NCBI GenBank assembly: GCA_963845565.1
Contig: CAWJSJ010000002.1
Location: forward strand, 960,001 to 1,024,000
Origin: an uncultured Methylomirabilota bacterium
GTDB taxonomy: Bacteria > Methylomirabilota > Methylomirabilia > Methylomirabilales > 2-02-FULL-66-22
Reading direction: 5' to 3'
Length of the DNA: 64,000 bases
Shown here: positions 23,408 to 33,697 of the stretch, in pieces
How the letters are laid out: each line of letters starts with the position of its first letter
How positions within the stretch are numbered: the stretch's first letter is position 1
Position numbers and translations under genes: made by a program
The notes under the pieces: model-generated
Database searches by the model: none
What the model was told of the DNA's origin: nothing
The model's input: only the letters and a program-made list of their open reading frames with translations

Positions 23408-25822
23408 ATGACGTCGCATCAACTTCTCGAGCGGGTTAAGGAACTTGGGTGCTTGTATGCGGTTTCCGAGCTCTTGCAAACCCCCAGTCTATCACTGCCC
23501 GCGATCTGCCAGGGCGTCGTGGATCTCATCCCGGCGGGATGGCAGTACCCGGAGAGTGCTTGCGCTCGCCTGATACTGGAGGAGCAGCATTTCGCGACCG
23601 GGAATTTTCGGGAGACCGTGTGGAAGCTGGATAGCCCCGTGGCAGTGTACGGCAGGCCCGTGGGCGCGTTGGAAGTGTATTACCTCAGCGAGAAGCCGAA
23701 CTGCGGGGAGGGGCCGTTTCTTGCGGAAGAGCGGCGCCTGCTGAACGCATTGACTGGACGATTAGGGAAGAGCCTCGAGCGCCAGCAAGCCGAGGCGGCG
23801 CTCCGCCAGAGCGAACTCCTCTTCCACACCTTAGCGCAGGTGTCTCCCGTCGGTATCTTCCGCACCGACGCCCACGGCGACTGTGTGTACGTCAACGAGC
23901 GATGGTGCGAGATCGCTGGAATCTCCGCCGATGCCGCAGTCGGGCAAGGCTGGACGCGAGCCATTCATCCCGAGGATCGGGACCAGGTCTTTACCGAATG
24001 GTATCGAAGCGCGGAGGAGAATCGGCCGTTCAAGATGGAGTACCGGCTGCAACGGCCCGACGGTTTCTCCACCTGGGTCGTGGGCCAAGCCTTGCGAGAG
24101 CCCAGCGGCGCCGATCGCATGGGCGGGTACGTCGGAACGATTACGGACATCACCGACCGCAAACACACGGAGGAAGCGTTGCGGAGGAGCCAGGACAATC
24201 TAACGCGAGCGCAGGAGGTGGCGCACATCGGGAGCTGGCACCTCGACATTCCCGGGAACACCCTCACCTGCTCCGAAGAAGCCTATCGCATCTTCGGCCT
24301 CCCGATCGGAACCCCCCTGACCTATGAACGCTTTCTGGAACTCGTCCATCCGAATGACCGGCGATCCGTCGATGACGCGTGGCGAGCGGCCCTGGCCGGC
24401 GGACGGTCGAGCCTGGAGTACCGCATCGTCGTTGCCGGGGAAGTCAGATGGATCCGCGGAATTGCCGAAATCGAACGCGACGCAGGCGGTGCCCCGTTGC
24501 GTGGCGTCGGCACCAGCCAGGACATCACCCAACACAAGGCCGTGGATGACGCGTTGCGGACTCACATCGCGCAACTCGATGCCCTCCGGGCCGTCAGCGC
24601 CGAAATCATCCGGGAGCTCCACCCTCCAACGTTGCTGGACCTCATCGTGCGCAAGTCCGTGGAATTGGTGGGGGGTGCGGGAGGGACAATCTATCTCTGG
24701 GATGAGTTCGACCAACTTCTCACTCCACACGTCTGGGTTGGGCACAGCGGAACCTGGGTGCGCGACGGAAAGGTCCGAATCGGCGAGGGGCTCGTGGGCC
24801 TCGTCGCGGAGCGGCGCGAGGGATTGATCGTTAACGACTACCGGACCTGGCCACGCGCGCGGGCCTTCATCCTGCAGCAGACCCACGTCACGGCTGCAGT
24901 CGCCGAGCCGCTCCTCTGTCGCAACCGCCTCCTAGGGGTGGTTGCCATTGACGATCAGGGCGGTGGGCGACGATTTACGGAACAAGACCGCATGCGGCTC
25001 CGCCTCTTCGCCGCCCAAGCGGCCATCACCCTAGACAATGCGCAACTCTACGCGCAGGTGCGAGGGCACGCGGAGGAGTTGGAGCGGAAAGTCGAGGAAA
25101 GGACCCGGGAGCTTCAAACCGCCAACGCGGATCTGGAAGCGTTCTCCTACTCCGTCTCGCACGACCTCCGTGCCCCGCTGATCAGTATTGACGGCTTCAG
25201 CACCCGCCTACTCAAGAAATATCAGACCGTGTTGGGTGCGAAAGGGCAGGAGTATCTCCAACATGTGCGAGTCGCGGCGCACCACATGACGGAGCGCATC
25301 GACGCCCTGTTGGCCCTGGCGCGGGTTGGCCACCAAACACTCACCCTGGAGCCCGTCGATCTCAGTGCCCTGGCCCGGATTGTCACCGCCGAACTGCGCC
25401 AGCGCGAACCCGACCGTGCCGCCGAGATTCACATTCAGGAGGACCTCGTCGTCCAGGGTGACGCGCCGCTGCTCCGGGCGCTCTTGGAGAACCTCCTCGG
25501 CAATGCGTGGAAGTTCACGGCACGCCGGCGTCCAGCCCGTATCGACGTCGGACGATTTTCCGGAGAGGGCAACGAAGCGGTCTATTTCGTGCGTGACAAC
25601 GGCGCGGGATTTGACATGGCGTGCACGGACAAACTCTTCGAGGCGTTCGAGCGTCTCCATGCCGCCGACGATTTTCCCGGGACCGGGATCGGTCTCGCCA
25701 CGGTGGAGCGGATTATCCGGCGACATAGGGGCCGCGTGTGGGCGGAAGGCGTGGTAGACGAGGGGGCCACGTTCTTCTTCACCCTAGGCTTCCCGACCCT
25801 CGAGCGCGACCCGAACGCATGA
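23408..25822 (+). CDS. Cytoplasmic PAS-PAS-GAF histidine kinase
   Basis: ERVKELGCLY, two PAS/PAC, GAF, FSYSVSHDLRAP, NAWKFT and GTGIGLA; start uncertain. Confidence 0.92.
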   Translation: MTSHQLLERVKELGCLYAVSELLQTPSLSLPAICQGVVDLIPAGWQYPESACARLILEEQHFATGNFRETVWKLDSPVAVYGRPVGALEVYYLSEKPNCGEGPFLAEERRLLNALTGRLGKSLERQQAEAALRQSELLFHTLAQVSPVGIFRTDAHGDCVYVNERWCEIAGISADAAVGQGWTRAIHPEDRDQVFTEWYRSAEENRPFKMEYRLQRPDGFSTWVVGQALREPSGADRMGGYVGTITDITDRKHTEEALRRSQDNLTRAQEVAHIGSWHLDIPGNTLTCSEEAYRIFGLPIGTPLTYERFLELVHPNDRRSVDDAWRAALAGGRSSLEYRIVVAGEVRWIRGIAEIERDAGGAPLRGVGTSQDITQHKAVDDALRTHIAQLDALRAVSAEIIRELHPPTLLDLIVRKSVELVGGAGGTIYLWDEFDQLLTPHVWVGHSGTWVRDGKVRIGEGLVGLVAERREGLIVNDYRTWPRARAFILQQTHVTAAVAEPLLCRNRLLGVVAIDDQGGGRRFTEQDRMRLRLFAAQAAITLDNAQLYAQVRGHAEELERKVEERTRELQTANADLEAFSYSVSHDLRAPLISIDGFSTRLLKKYQTVLGAKGQEYLQHVRVAAHHMTERIDALLALARVGHQTLTLEPVDLSALARIVTAELRQREPDRAAEIHIQEDLVVQGDAPLLRALLENLLGNAWKFTARRRPARIDVGRFSGEGNEAVYFVRDNGAGFDMACTDKLFEAFERLHAADDFPGTGIGLATVERIIRRHRGRVWAEGVVDEGATFFFTLGFPTLERDPNA

Positions 25823-26069
25823 CGGAGAGGTGACGTCAGGAATCCCCCATGGTCACTCTGGGTCTCAAACTGGCCCCCGGGCAACCGAACAACTTCTGCA
25901 CCAACTCTGAGCGCAGGGCAGGCGCTTATCGGGCGTTACTTGGATGGCTGCGTGCCCACAAAGCGGCTCGTGTACGTTTCGTTCCCCACGGAGTGGCTTT
26001 TGCTCACGTGGCGGCCCGCTCCTCAGGCGCCCCCCCCTTATCACCAGGAAACGGCGCAGTCCGCGAACC

Positions 26070-26147
26070 TCACGTCACCCACTCCCCGCTAAACGGCACC
26101 ACCAAAAGCGCGTGTATCCACGTAATTACACCGTATGTTCCCGGTCC
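26070..26147 (+). repeat. 78-bp direct repeat A2
   Basis: 65/78 identical to A5 by hand count. Confidence 0.88.
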
Positions 26148-26399
26148 GCCGGTCGAACTCTCCTGGACGTCCCGACAAGTCACTATACGGCGTCACCAGA
26201 ACATCGAGGTTTCCATCAGTTACACCTGTCTGGTCGGGTCCACCAGGGACGCTTGACAGCAGCGCCGGTCCGCCAATACTCTATGATAGTCCAGGGAGGC
26301 GCCGCGGTGCCGCAGGACGTGGGTCCACGGCTGGGCGATCTTCAAGTGCGAGGACCTCACAGCAGCGAGATGCTGCCAACAGACAGGAGAGCGAGAACC

Positions 26400-26708
26400 A
26401 TGGCGAATGTGCTTACAGTGGTGGCGAAGATCCGGGCGGCGAAGGGAAAGGGAGACGCGCTGGCGGCCCTCCTCAAGGAGCAGGTCGCGGCGGTGAGGAA
26501 GGCCGAGCCGGGCTGCTTGGTCTACCGCCCGCACCGGTCCACCAAGGATCCCGATCTCTTCATCTTCTACGAGCAGTATAAGGACGACGCCGCCTTCGAG
26601 GTTCATCGCTCGGCCCCACACCTCGCCGCCTACCGGGAGCGCCGGGAGAAGGAAGGCCTTACCGAAGGTGCAGCCGAGGTCGAGATCTATCGCTCGATCA
26701 CCGATTAA
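26400..26708 (+). CDS. ABM family / putative quinol monooxygenase
   Basis: EPGCLVYRPHRS...FIFYEQY...H; AGGAG RBS. Confidence 0.88.
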   Translation: MANVLTVVAKIRAAKGKGDALAALLKEQVAAVRKAEPGCLVYRPHRSTKDPDLFIFYEQYKDDAAFEVHRSAPHLAAYRERREKEGLTEGAAEVEIYRSITD

Positions 26709-26890
26709 GCCGTGACGGGAACTGCGTCGTTTGACGCGTATGGCGCCGAGGATTTCAAGTGGCCCATGCCACGATCGGCCGCGGAGGTGGCCGGCGCGTC
26801 GTCGCCTGCGGGCGGGGAGCTTTATACACGCCTCGGGTTGACGGTGCAACTCCCCTGAAGGACGATGCCACAATCGGCCCGCCGACGGGC

Positions 26891-26968
26891 TCACGCCGCC
26901 CATTCCCGGTTGAACTGCACGACGAGCAGTTCGTGTTCCCAGGGAATTATACCCAGGGGTGCGGGCCG
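26891..26968 (+). repeat. 78-bp direct repeat A3 (more diverged)
   Basis: TCACGCCGCCCATTCCC...GAACTGCAC...TCGTGTTCCCAGGGAATTATACC...CGGGCC aligns without gaps. Confidence 0.8.
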
Positions 26969-27285
26969 AGAAAGGGAGCCGTCCTCGGTTTTGATTCCCC
27001 CGGCCTCGCATTCCTGCGAGTCGGGGTAATTCGAGTTAGCGATGGCGCTTTCATTTCTGCACGGAGTCTCCTTTGACTTGTCTCCCGATTCGCAGTAGCC
27101 TTTCTGGCGGGATATCGCTCCTCAAGGATGGACAATGTTTATAGGTTACCCGATGAATGGTGCCCTCCTGGCCTAATGAGCCGGAGGGCATTCGTATTCG
27201 GGCGAGCAGGAAGACGAATCTCACAAGGCCAGTACCCATCAAGCGCCAGTTGAGCCCGTAATTCGTTGGCCGCAGGAGGACGCCC

Positions 27286-28386
27286 ATGTGGAAGAAAATT
27301 CTGTTCCCCGGAAAGTATATTCAGGGGGCCGGCGCCTTGGCCGAATTGCCGTCCCTGATCAAGCTGTTTGGCAGCCAGGGGCTGATCCTGGCGTCGCCCA
27401 CGGCGGCTAAGGTCATTGCCCCGCAGAGCGGGGTAGATCTCAACGCGCACGGCTTGCCCGTCGCACGCTTCGCCGGAGAGTGTTGTGAAAAAGAACTCGC
27501 CAGAGTGGCAGCGATGCTCCGAGAGAAACGCAGCGATGTACTGGTGGGCATGGGCGGGGGCAAAACCATCGACACCGCGAAAATCGCCGCGGACCGCGCG
27601 AAGATACCGGTCGTGGTCGTTCCCACCATCGCCTCGACAGATGCGCCCTGTAGTGGGTGTGCCGTGGTGTATTCCGAGCAGGGCGTGTTTGAATCGGTCC
27701 AATACCAGACAGCAAATCCGGCGGCCGTGCTGGTCGATATGGCCATTATCGCCCAGGCGCCCGTCCGGTTTCTCGTGGCGGGGATGGGCGATGCGCTGGC
27801 CACATGGTTCGAAGCCAAGTCCTGTAGTGACACGCAATCCGCCAACGAGTGCGGTGGGCTCAGCACGCTGACGGGACTCACGCTCGCGAAACTGTGTTAT
27901 GACACCTTGCTGCGATATGGCGTGACGGCCAAGATCGCTGCCCAGCAGCACATCATTACCCCGGCACTGGAACACATTGTGGAGGCGAATATCCTCCTGA
28001 GTGGGGTCGGGTTTGAAAGCGGGGGCTTAGCAAGCGCCCATTCCATTCACAACGGTCTGACGGCGCTGAACGAGACGCACGCGTATTACCACGGGGAAAA
28101 GGTGGCGTTTGGCGTGCTGGCCGGCCTGCAACTCACTGATGCCCTGCCGGAAGAATCGGCCCGCGTGTTCTCCTTCTGTGAGGCGGTTGGCCTGCCCACC
28201 ACCTTGGCCGACATTGGGCATGGCAATATCGACCACCCCCGACTGATGCTCGTCGCGGAAAAGGCCTGCGCGCCCGGCGAATACATTCATCACGAAGCGG
28301 GCGAGATCACGCCGGCCAAAGTGCTTCAGGCGATGCTGGCGGCAAACGCCATCGGAGAACACCGGAAAAGACAACGAGCTGCATAG
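27286..28386 (+). CDS. gldA: Glycerol dehydrogenase
   Basis: PGKYIQG, GGGKTIDTAK, PTIASTDAPCS, AHSIHNG and YHGEKVAFG. Confidence 0.92.
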   Translation: MWKKILFPGKYIQGAGALAELPSLIKLFGSQGLILASPTAAKVIAPQSGVDLNAHGLPVARFAGECCEKELARVAAMLREKRSDVLVGMGGGKTIDTAKIAADRAKIPVVVVPTIASTDAPCSGCAVVYSEQGVFESVQYQTANPAAVLVDMAIIAQAPVRFLVAGMGDALATWFEAKSCSDTQSANECGGLSTLTGLTLAKLCYDTLLRYGVTAKIAAQQHIITPALEHIVEANILLSGVGFESGGLASAHSIHNGLTALNETHAYYHGEKVAFGVLAGLQLTDALPEESARVFSFCEAVGLPTTLADIGHGNIDHPRLMLVAEKACAPGEYIHHEAGEITPAKVLQAMLAANAIGEHRKRQRAA

Positions 28387-28434
28387 CCTCGTTTCATACG
28401 TCACAGTTTGTAGACTGCCGCCAACGAGTTACGC

Positions 28435-28520
28435 CGCTAGCGCGCATTCTCCATTAAACGGCACGATCAAATGTGGTTGATTCTAAGTAATTATGCCTAT
28501 CGGTCCGGGCCCTCGGCACC
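28435..28520 (+). repeat. Direct repeat A4 followed by a degenerate tRNA-Leu 3' end (CCCTCGGCACC)
   Basis: TAAACGGCAC...AAGTAATTATGCC...CCGGGCCC, then 10/11 match to tRNA 18360-18370. Confidence 0.8.
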
Positions 28521-28559
28521 CCTTCCCTTACCATCATGAGATCCGTCACGCGGCGGACC

Positions 28560-28648
28560 TCACGCCGCCCACTCCCCGTGGAACGGCACCACCAGAAGCT
28601 CGTGTTTCCAGGTGATTACACCGTGTGTTCCGGGCCCCCGGCACCATT
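28560..28648 (+). repeat. Direct repeat A5 running into the exact tRNA-Leu 3' end
   Basis: 28635-28648 CCCCCGGCACCATT equals 18360-18373 (14/14). Confidence 0.88.
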
Positions 28649-29022
28649 CCTCATATCCTTATACCGCCTTAGTCACGCCGCAACGATCCCTTCCAACCGG
28701 ATCGTCATGTTCACATGGCTGATCGGATCGAGAGTGATATCTTTGGAGAAAATCCCCCCGAGGACACCTGCAATACGTACGTGTGCTTCCCGATAACGCG
28801 TGATCATCGGTCCGGTTGATCTTTTCGACGATCCGCATCAAGCTGCCCCCGCGGATATCCGCTTCCCCTCGTCGAAAGGGTCCTATATCATGATGCCCGT
28901 CAGTCACGGCCCCCGGGCAGAATCCGGCATGATTCGCCTCATGCAGGGCTCGCTGAACTCGTCCTCGGCTTATTCCACCTCAAACGCCGGCCGGGCACCG
29001 GCCCGGCCCGAGGGAGGGACGC

Positions 29023-30195
29023 ATGCTTGCGCTACGCCTGACGTCCGAGAACACGCTGCCGTCCGAGGGGCTCGCCGGAACCTTTCTGGCCCGGGTCTGG
29101 GTACCGGCGGACGGGCCGACGCCCGCCCTCGTGACGCCCGATGGGGTCTTCTCGCTGTTCCCCGCTGCGCCGACGCTCGCCCAGCTCTTGGCCGCCGAGA
29201 ATCCGGTCGGTATCGCACACGAGCAGGCGGGTCCGCGCATCGGCAGTGTCCCAGAGGTGCTGGAGAATACGGCGCACGATCGCCGGGATCCCGCGCGCCC
29301 CTGGTTCCTCGCGCCCGCCGATCTCCAGGCCCTCAAAGCGTGCGGGGTGACCTTTGTCAAGAGCATGCTCGAGCGGGTGATCGAGAACCTCGCGGCCGGC
29401 GATCCGGATGCGGCGGCCGCGACGCGGGCCACGATCGAAGCGGAAGCGGGCAGCCTCTCCCGGGTCACCCCCGGGTCTCCCGAAGCCGCCCGGGTCAAGC
29501 AGGCGTTGGTGGCCCGCGGCCTGTGGTCGCCCTTCATGGAAGTGGGGATCGGCCCAGACGCCGAGATCTTCACGAAAGCCCAGCCGATGTCCGCCGTGGG
29601 CACGGGCGACGAGGTGGGGGTGTTGCCCAGCTCCGCCTGGAACAACCCGGAGCCCGAAGTCGTCCTGGTGGTGTCGCCGGCCGGCCGCATCGTCGGGGCG
29701 ACCATCGGAAACGATGTGAACATCCGAGATATGGTGGGCCGGAGTATCCTGCTGGCGTGCCGTGCCAAGGACAACCGTGCCTCCTGCGCTGTCGGTCCGT
29801 TCATCCGCCTGTTTGATGCAACCTTCACCTTGGACGACGTCCGGCGCACGGTCCTCAACCTGCGGATCGAGGGGGAGGACGGATTCGCCCTGTCCGAGCG
29901 CCATTGTATGGGCGACATCAGCCGGGACGTGACCGACCTCGTTGCGCAGACCATCGGTCCGCACAACCAGTATCCGGATGGGCTGTTGCTCTTTACCGGA
30001 ACCAGTGTCGCGCCGGCCGCGGACCGAGAGGGCCCCGGCAGGGGGTTCACGCACCACGTGGGAGACCTGGTGACGATCAGCACCCCGAAGTTGGGCGCGC
30101 TCATCAACCGGGTCAACCACACCGATCGGATTTCCCCCTGGACATTCGGCATTGGACAACTGATTGAGAACCTCCGAGGGCGCCCCCGTCGGTGA
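29023..30195 (+). CDS. Fumarylacetoacetate hydrolase family protein (2-keto-3-deoxy sugar-acid dehydratase-like)
   Basis: KACGVTF, EIFTKAQP, WNNPEPE, GNDVN and KDN. Confidence 0.9.
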   Translation: MLALRLTSENTLPSEGLAGTFLARVWVPADGPTPALVTPDGVFSLFPAAPTLAQLLAAENPVGIAHEQAGPRIGSVPEVLENTAHDRRDPARPWFLAPADLQALKACGVTFVKSMLERVIENLAAGDPDAAAATRATIEAEAGSLSRVTPGSPEAARVKQALVARGLWSPFMEVGIGPDAEIFTKAQPMSAVGTGDEVGVLPSSAWNNPEPEVVLVVSPAGRIVGATIGNDVNIRDMVGRSILLACRAKDNRASCAVGPFIRLFDATFTLDDVRRTVLNLRIEGEDGFALSERHCMGDISRDVTDLVAQTIGPHNQYPDGLLLFTGTSVAPAADREGPGRGFTHHVGDLVTISTPKLGALINRVNHTDRISPWTFGIGQLIENLRGRPRR

Positions 30196-30203
30196 GAGCG
30201 GCA

Positions 30204-30464
30204 GTCATGGGGGACGTTCCAGTTCTTGTCGTCTTGCGATGCCTCTGGGGCCGCATGCTCGGCCACGCGTTGTGATGCGCGACGTCGTCTACCTCGTAGG
30301 GGGGCGCGGTCTGCCACGCCCTGCCAGGCCGTGTGGAGGAGGGGAGGGGCAGCCGCGGCCAATGCGTGGCGACGTGCCTCGCGCGAGGGAGGCGGGTCGG
30401 TGGGGAAACGGGGTTAGTGGAAAAGAGCCCGCAAGACGACGTAAACCGGAACGTCCCCCATTAC
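30204..30464. mobile_element. ~260-bp inverted-repeat element B1 (MITE/REPIN-like)
   Basis: Ends GGGGGACGTTCCAGTTCTTGTCGTCTTGCG / CGCAAGACGACGTAAACCGGAACGTCCCCC; near-identical copy at 34791. Confidence 0.8.
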
Positions 30465-30541
30465 AGGACTTGACCGAGGGTCCCGCTCGGCGATAGTCTC
30501 CCGCCCGATTGACCCCATATCTACGCTTTCGCGGTCATGGC

Positions 30542-30557
30542 TGGCCCGTGCCTTGCT
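30542..30557 (+). promoter_or_regulatory. Putative sigma54 promoter
   Basis: TGGCCCGTGCCTTGCT, GG-N10-GC. Confidence 0.6.
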
Positions 30558-30689
30558 CGCCACAGGAGCGCGCCCGTCGGCTCGGCGTGCCACCGTGGGG
30601 CGCAGACGTGGGACGGTTCGTTGGTTTCGGAATCCATGCAGGAGTGCGAAGCGAGTGCGACCGTCTGGCGTAATTGCGGCCGGTCCCCC

Positions 30690-33501
30690 ATGGAGGAGGA
30701 AAAACCTGTGCGCCTTCTCGTAACGTTCTGCCTGGTGGTCACACTCCTGCCTCTCGGTATCGCGCTGGCGGGAGCCCCCACGCCCATGGGCGCCCCGCAG
30801 GTGCCTCAGCCGGGGCCGGGCGCGCCGAACACCGGCGCATGGCCGCGGGCCTTCACCCTCGCCCCCGGGGGCCAGGCGGTCTTTGGGATCTCGGTCGGCG
30901 CGCCGGGGCCGGTCCAGGTCGGGATTAATTGGAGCGGTCCCCCGCTCGCGTTTGCGCTGCGGGACCCGAGTGGCCGCATCCAGAAACAGGCGACGGACCA
31001 ACGGCCACCGTCGGTCCGCCTGGACCATGCGGCCCACGCCGCCGGCGTCTGGTCGCTGGTCATTTCGAACCCCGCGCCGGTGCAGGCGCCGGCCGCCCCA
31101 GCCGGGCAGTCCTCAGTGCCCGCGACAGCCCAGGGGCAGGTGGGCGCAAACCTCCCGTACGCGAACCCGGTCTCGCCCCCAACGGCCGCCGCAACTGGGC
31201 TGCAGGCCGCCCAGCCGTCGCAGGTCGCGCCGGCAGGGCCAGCCCTGTCCCCCTGTGAGATGGCCGGCAACTGCCCGCCGCAGGGAAGCATCGCCATCAC
31301 CGCGCCCCAAGCCGGGACGGTCTGGTCCACGGGGTCTTACCACGTGATCCAGTGGGCCTTCAGCGGCACGCGCAGCACCACCGCGGACGTCACGCTGTGG
31401 CAGAACAACCAGCAGGTCGCTACCGTCTGGACCGGCTCCGCCACGGGCAAGGCCGCCTACATCGTCCCCTTCGGGGCACCGGCGGGCACGTATGAGCTCC
31501 GCGTGACCCTCCAGACCGATCGCCGGGTGGAGGCCCGGCAGCCCGTCGCCATCGTACCGACGGCCGTCACCGTCACCGCTCCGGCCGCGGCCCTTGTCAC
31601 GGGCGCGCCCCACACCATCACCTGGTCCTACACCGGGAGCATCACGACGATGAAGCTCTCCGTCGTGGACCCCTACGGAACGGTGGTGCAGTCCTTCCCG
31701 AACGTTCCGGCGGGAAGCAACGGCAAGGGGAGCTGGCCCTGGACGGCGCCCGTGCTGCCTGCGGGGAAAGCCTCGGCAGAGTACCGCTTCCAGGTCAGCG
31801 GGACCTTCCACAAGGACGTGACGAACAACAACGCCATGACCGAAGTCGTGCTGGGCACCTCCAATCCCTTCACGGTCCGGCTGCCCAAGATCGAGGTGGG
31901 AACGCGTTTCCTCGTCGATGCCGGCGTGGCGGAATGCTCTGCGGGGAAACAGTACCAGTTCTCCTGGACCAGCGAGCTCAACGGAAAACCGGTGAAGGTC
32001 GAGCTGTACAAAGGATCCACGCTGCTTCAGACGATCGCGGCGAGCCAGACCTCCGGCGCCAGCAACACGATCACATGGACAGTGCCGAGCATTCCCGAAA
32101 CGCTCGCCCGGAACTATCTGCGCATTCGCGTAACGAGCCTCGACTTCCCCGCCGCGAAGGACGAGACATCCTTCTACTGCCAGAAGCCCTGGATCGCCAT
32201 CAAGACGCCCGACCCCCAGCAAAACCTCAATATGAACCAGACGTATCAGATCGCGTGGGAGTATCGCGGCGATCCCGGCCGGCACGTCCGGGTCGAGGTG
32301 CTGTCCGCCAAGGCAGGCGGCTACGACATGAAGGCGTTCGAGACGCCGGCGCAAAGCGCGCCGATGCAGGCGAGCGGTGCCAAGTGGGGAGAGGGGCAAG
32401 TCTCCTGGACCTTGACCAACAGGGGCCCGCACCAAAACTTGTACATCCAGCTGCAGAGCGTGGAAGACAAGACCGTCGGGGATCGCAAGCAGTACTACAT
32501 CGCAGTACGCGGGCTCGGGCGGCACGAGTTTCGGTGGCGTGACCGTCGGATCCGGTTCCAGCGGCAGCGGGACGAGCACCACGAGCGGCACCTCGAGCAG
32601 CGGCGCGACGAGCGGCAGCGGGACGAGCTCGGGCGCCGGCAGCGCGTTTCCGAGCAACTGCAGCGGCGGGCTGCAAAGCGGGAGGCTCGAGCTCACGGGC
32701 GCGAGGACGCTGAAGTATAATCCGAGCGACTCCGCCACCTTCCGGTCGTCATCGTTCGTTACCCTGGATGCGAACTGCTACGCCCTCTTGGGGCTGCTCG
32801 CCAGTGACCAGCAGCTGAAGTATCGAGCGGCCAATTCCGCGTCGGCCTTGTTCCGTCTGGGCTCGCCCGCCTACTTCAGCAACGGCTACGTGCAGCAGGG
32901 CCAGCTCTACGGTGACCAGGTCGTGGAATATGGGCCGTCGCGCACCGTCAACCTCTACGGCAGCTCGGTGCCGAAGTTCGCCGGAGGATACCTGCAGACC
33001 GGCCGGGTCCTGGGAGATCAGGCGCTGGACTACCGGCCGGGTCGCTCCATCTACGTGCGCAGCGCCTCGGGGGCGGCCTTCGCCAACGGCTATGTCAAGA
33101 CCGGCCAGCTGGCGAGCGAGCACTCCCTGGAATACCGGGCGGGCCAGAGCACGTCGTTCAGAGCCTCTTCACTCGTCACCTTTCGCCCGGATGGCTACGT
33201 GCAGTCCGGGCAGCTAGACTCGGAGCCGACCCTCGAGTACAAACCCGGGGGATCGACCCGCTTCAAGTTCCGGGTGGAATTCCGATCCGGCGGGTACGTG
33301 AAGTCCGGATTCGTGGCGTATGAGACAACGCTGGAGACCGCGCAGGGGAGCCAGGCCGTCCCGGCGTACGCCTACGTCACCTTCGACGACGCCGGCCGCA
33401 TGGTGTCGTTCAACCCGCCGACTTTCTCCGCCTGCTACACATGCGATCCCGAGCAGGACCACGACTGCTCGCACAGCGGGGGGCTTCCGCCCTGCAAATA
33501 A
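30690..33501 (+). CDS. Large secreted protein: tandem Ig-like modules, Gly/Ser linker, ~34-aa repeats and Cys-rich tail; frameshift near 32500
   Basis: Signal peptide; repeated ITAP..G...I.W modules; ORF 30537 continues in ORF 32539 (SQYAGSGGTSFGGVTVG). Confidence 0.75.
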
Positions 33502-33697
33502 GGTGTGGGCGGTGAAGGCGCCTCGCCGAAGCGTACAGCCGGAGCGCGGCCGAGCGAGGTCCGCTCGGGAGCGTTCGCGGATCATTCCGGCGTGAAGATG
33601 GCCGATTTGACCTCTGGTGGCTGACTCCTCCGCTCTTCAAGAGCGAGATGCGAGAGACGCGCAGTCGCGGGCCATCAGTCGGGAAGGGAGAAGCTTC

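Noticed and set aside
20513..28637. Repeat A as CRISPR repeats or integron attC sites
   Set aside because: The copies are 78 bp, diverged and kb apart, with no cas genes. They lack RYYYAAC/GTTRRRY ends and long hairpin symmetry, and no intI is present.
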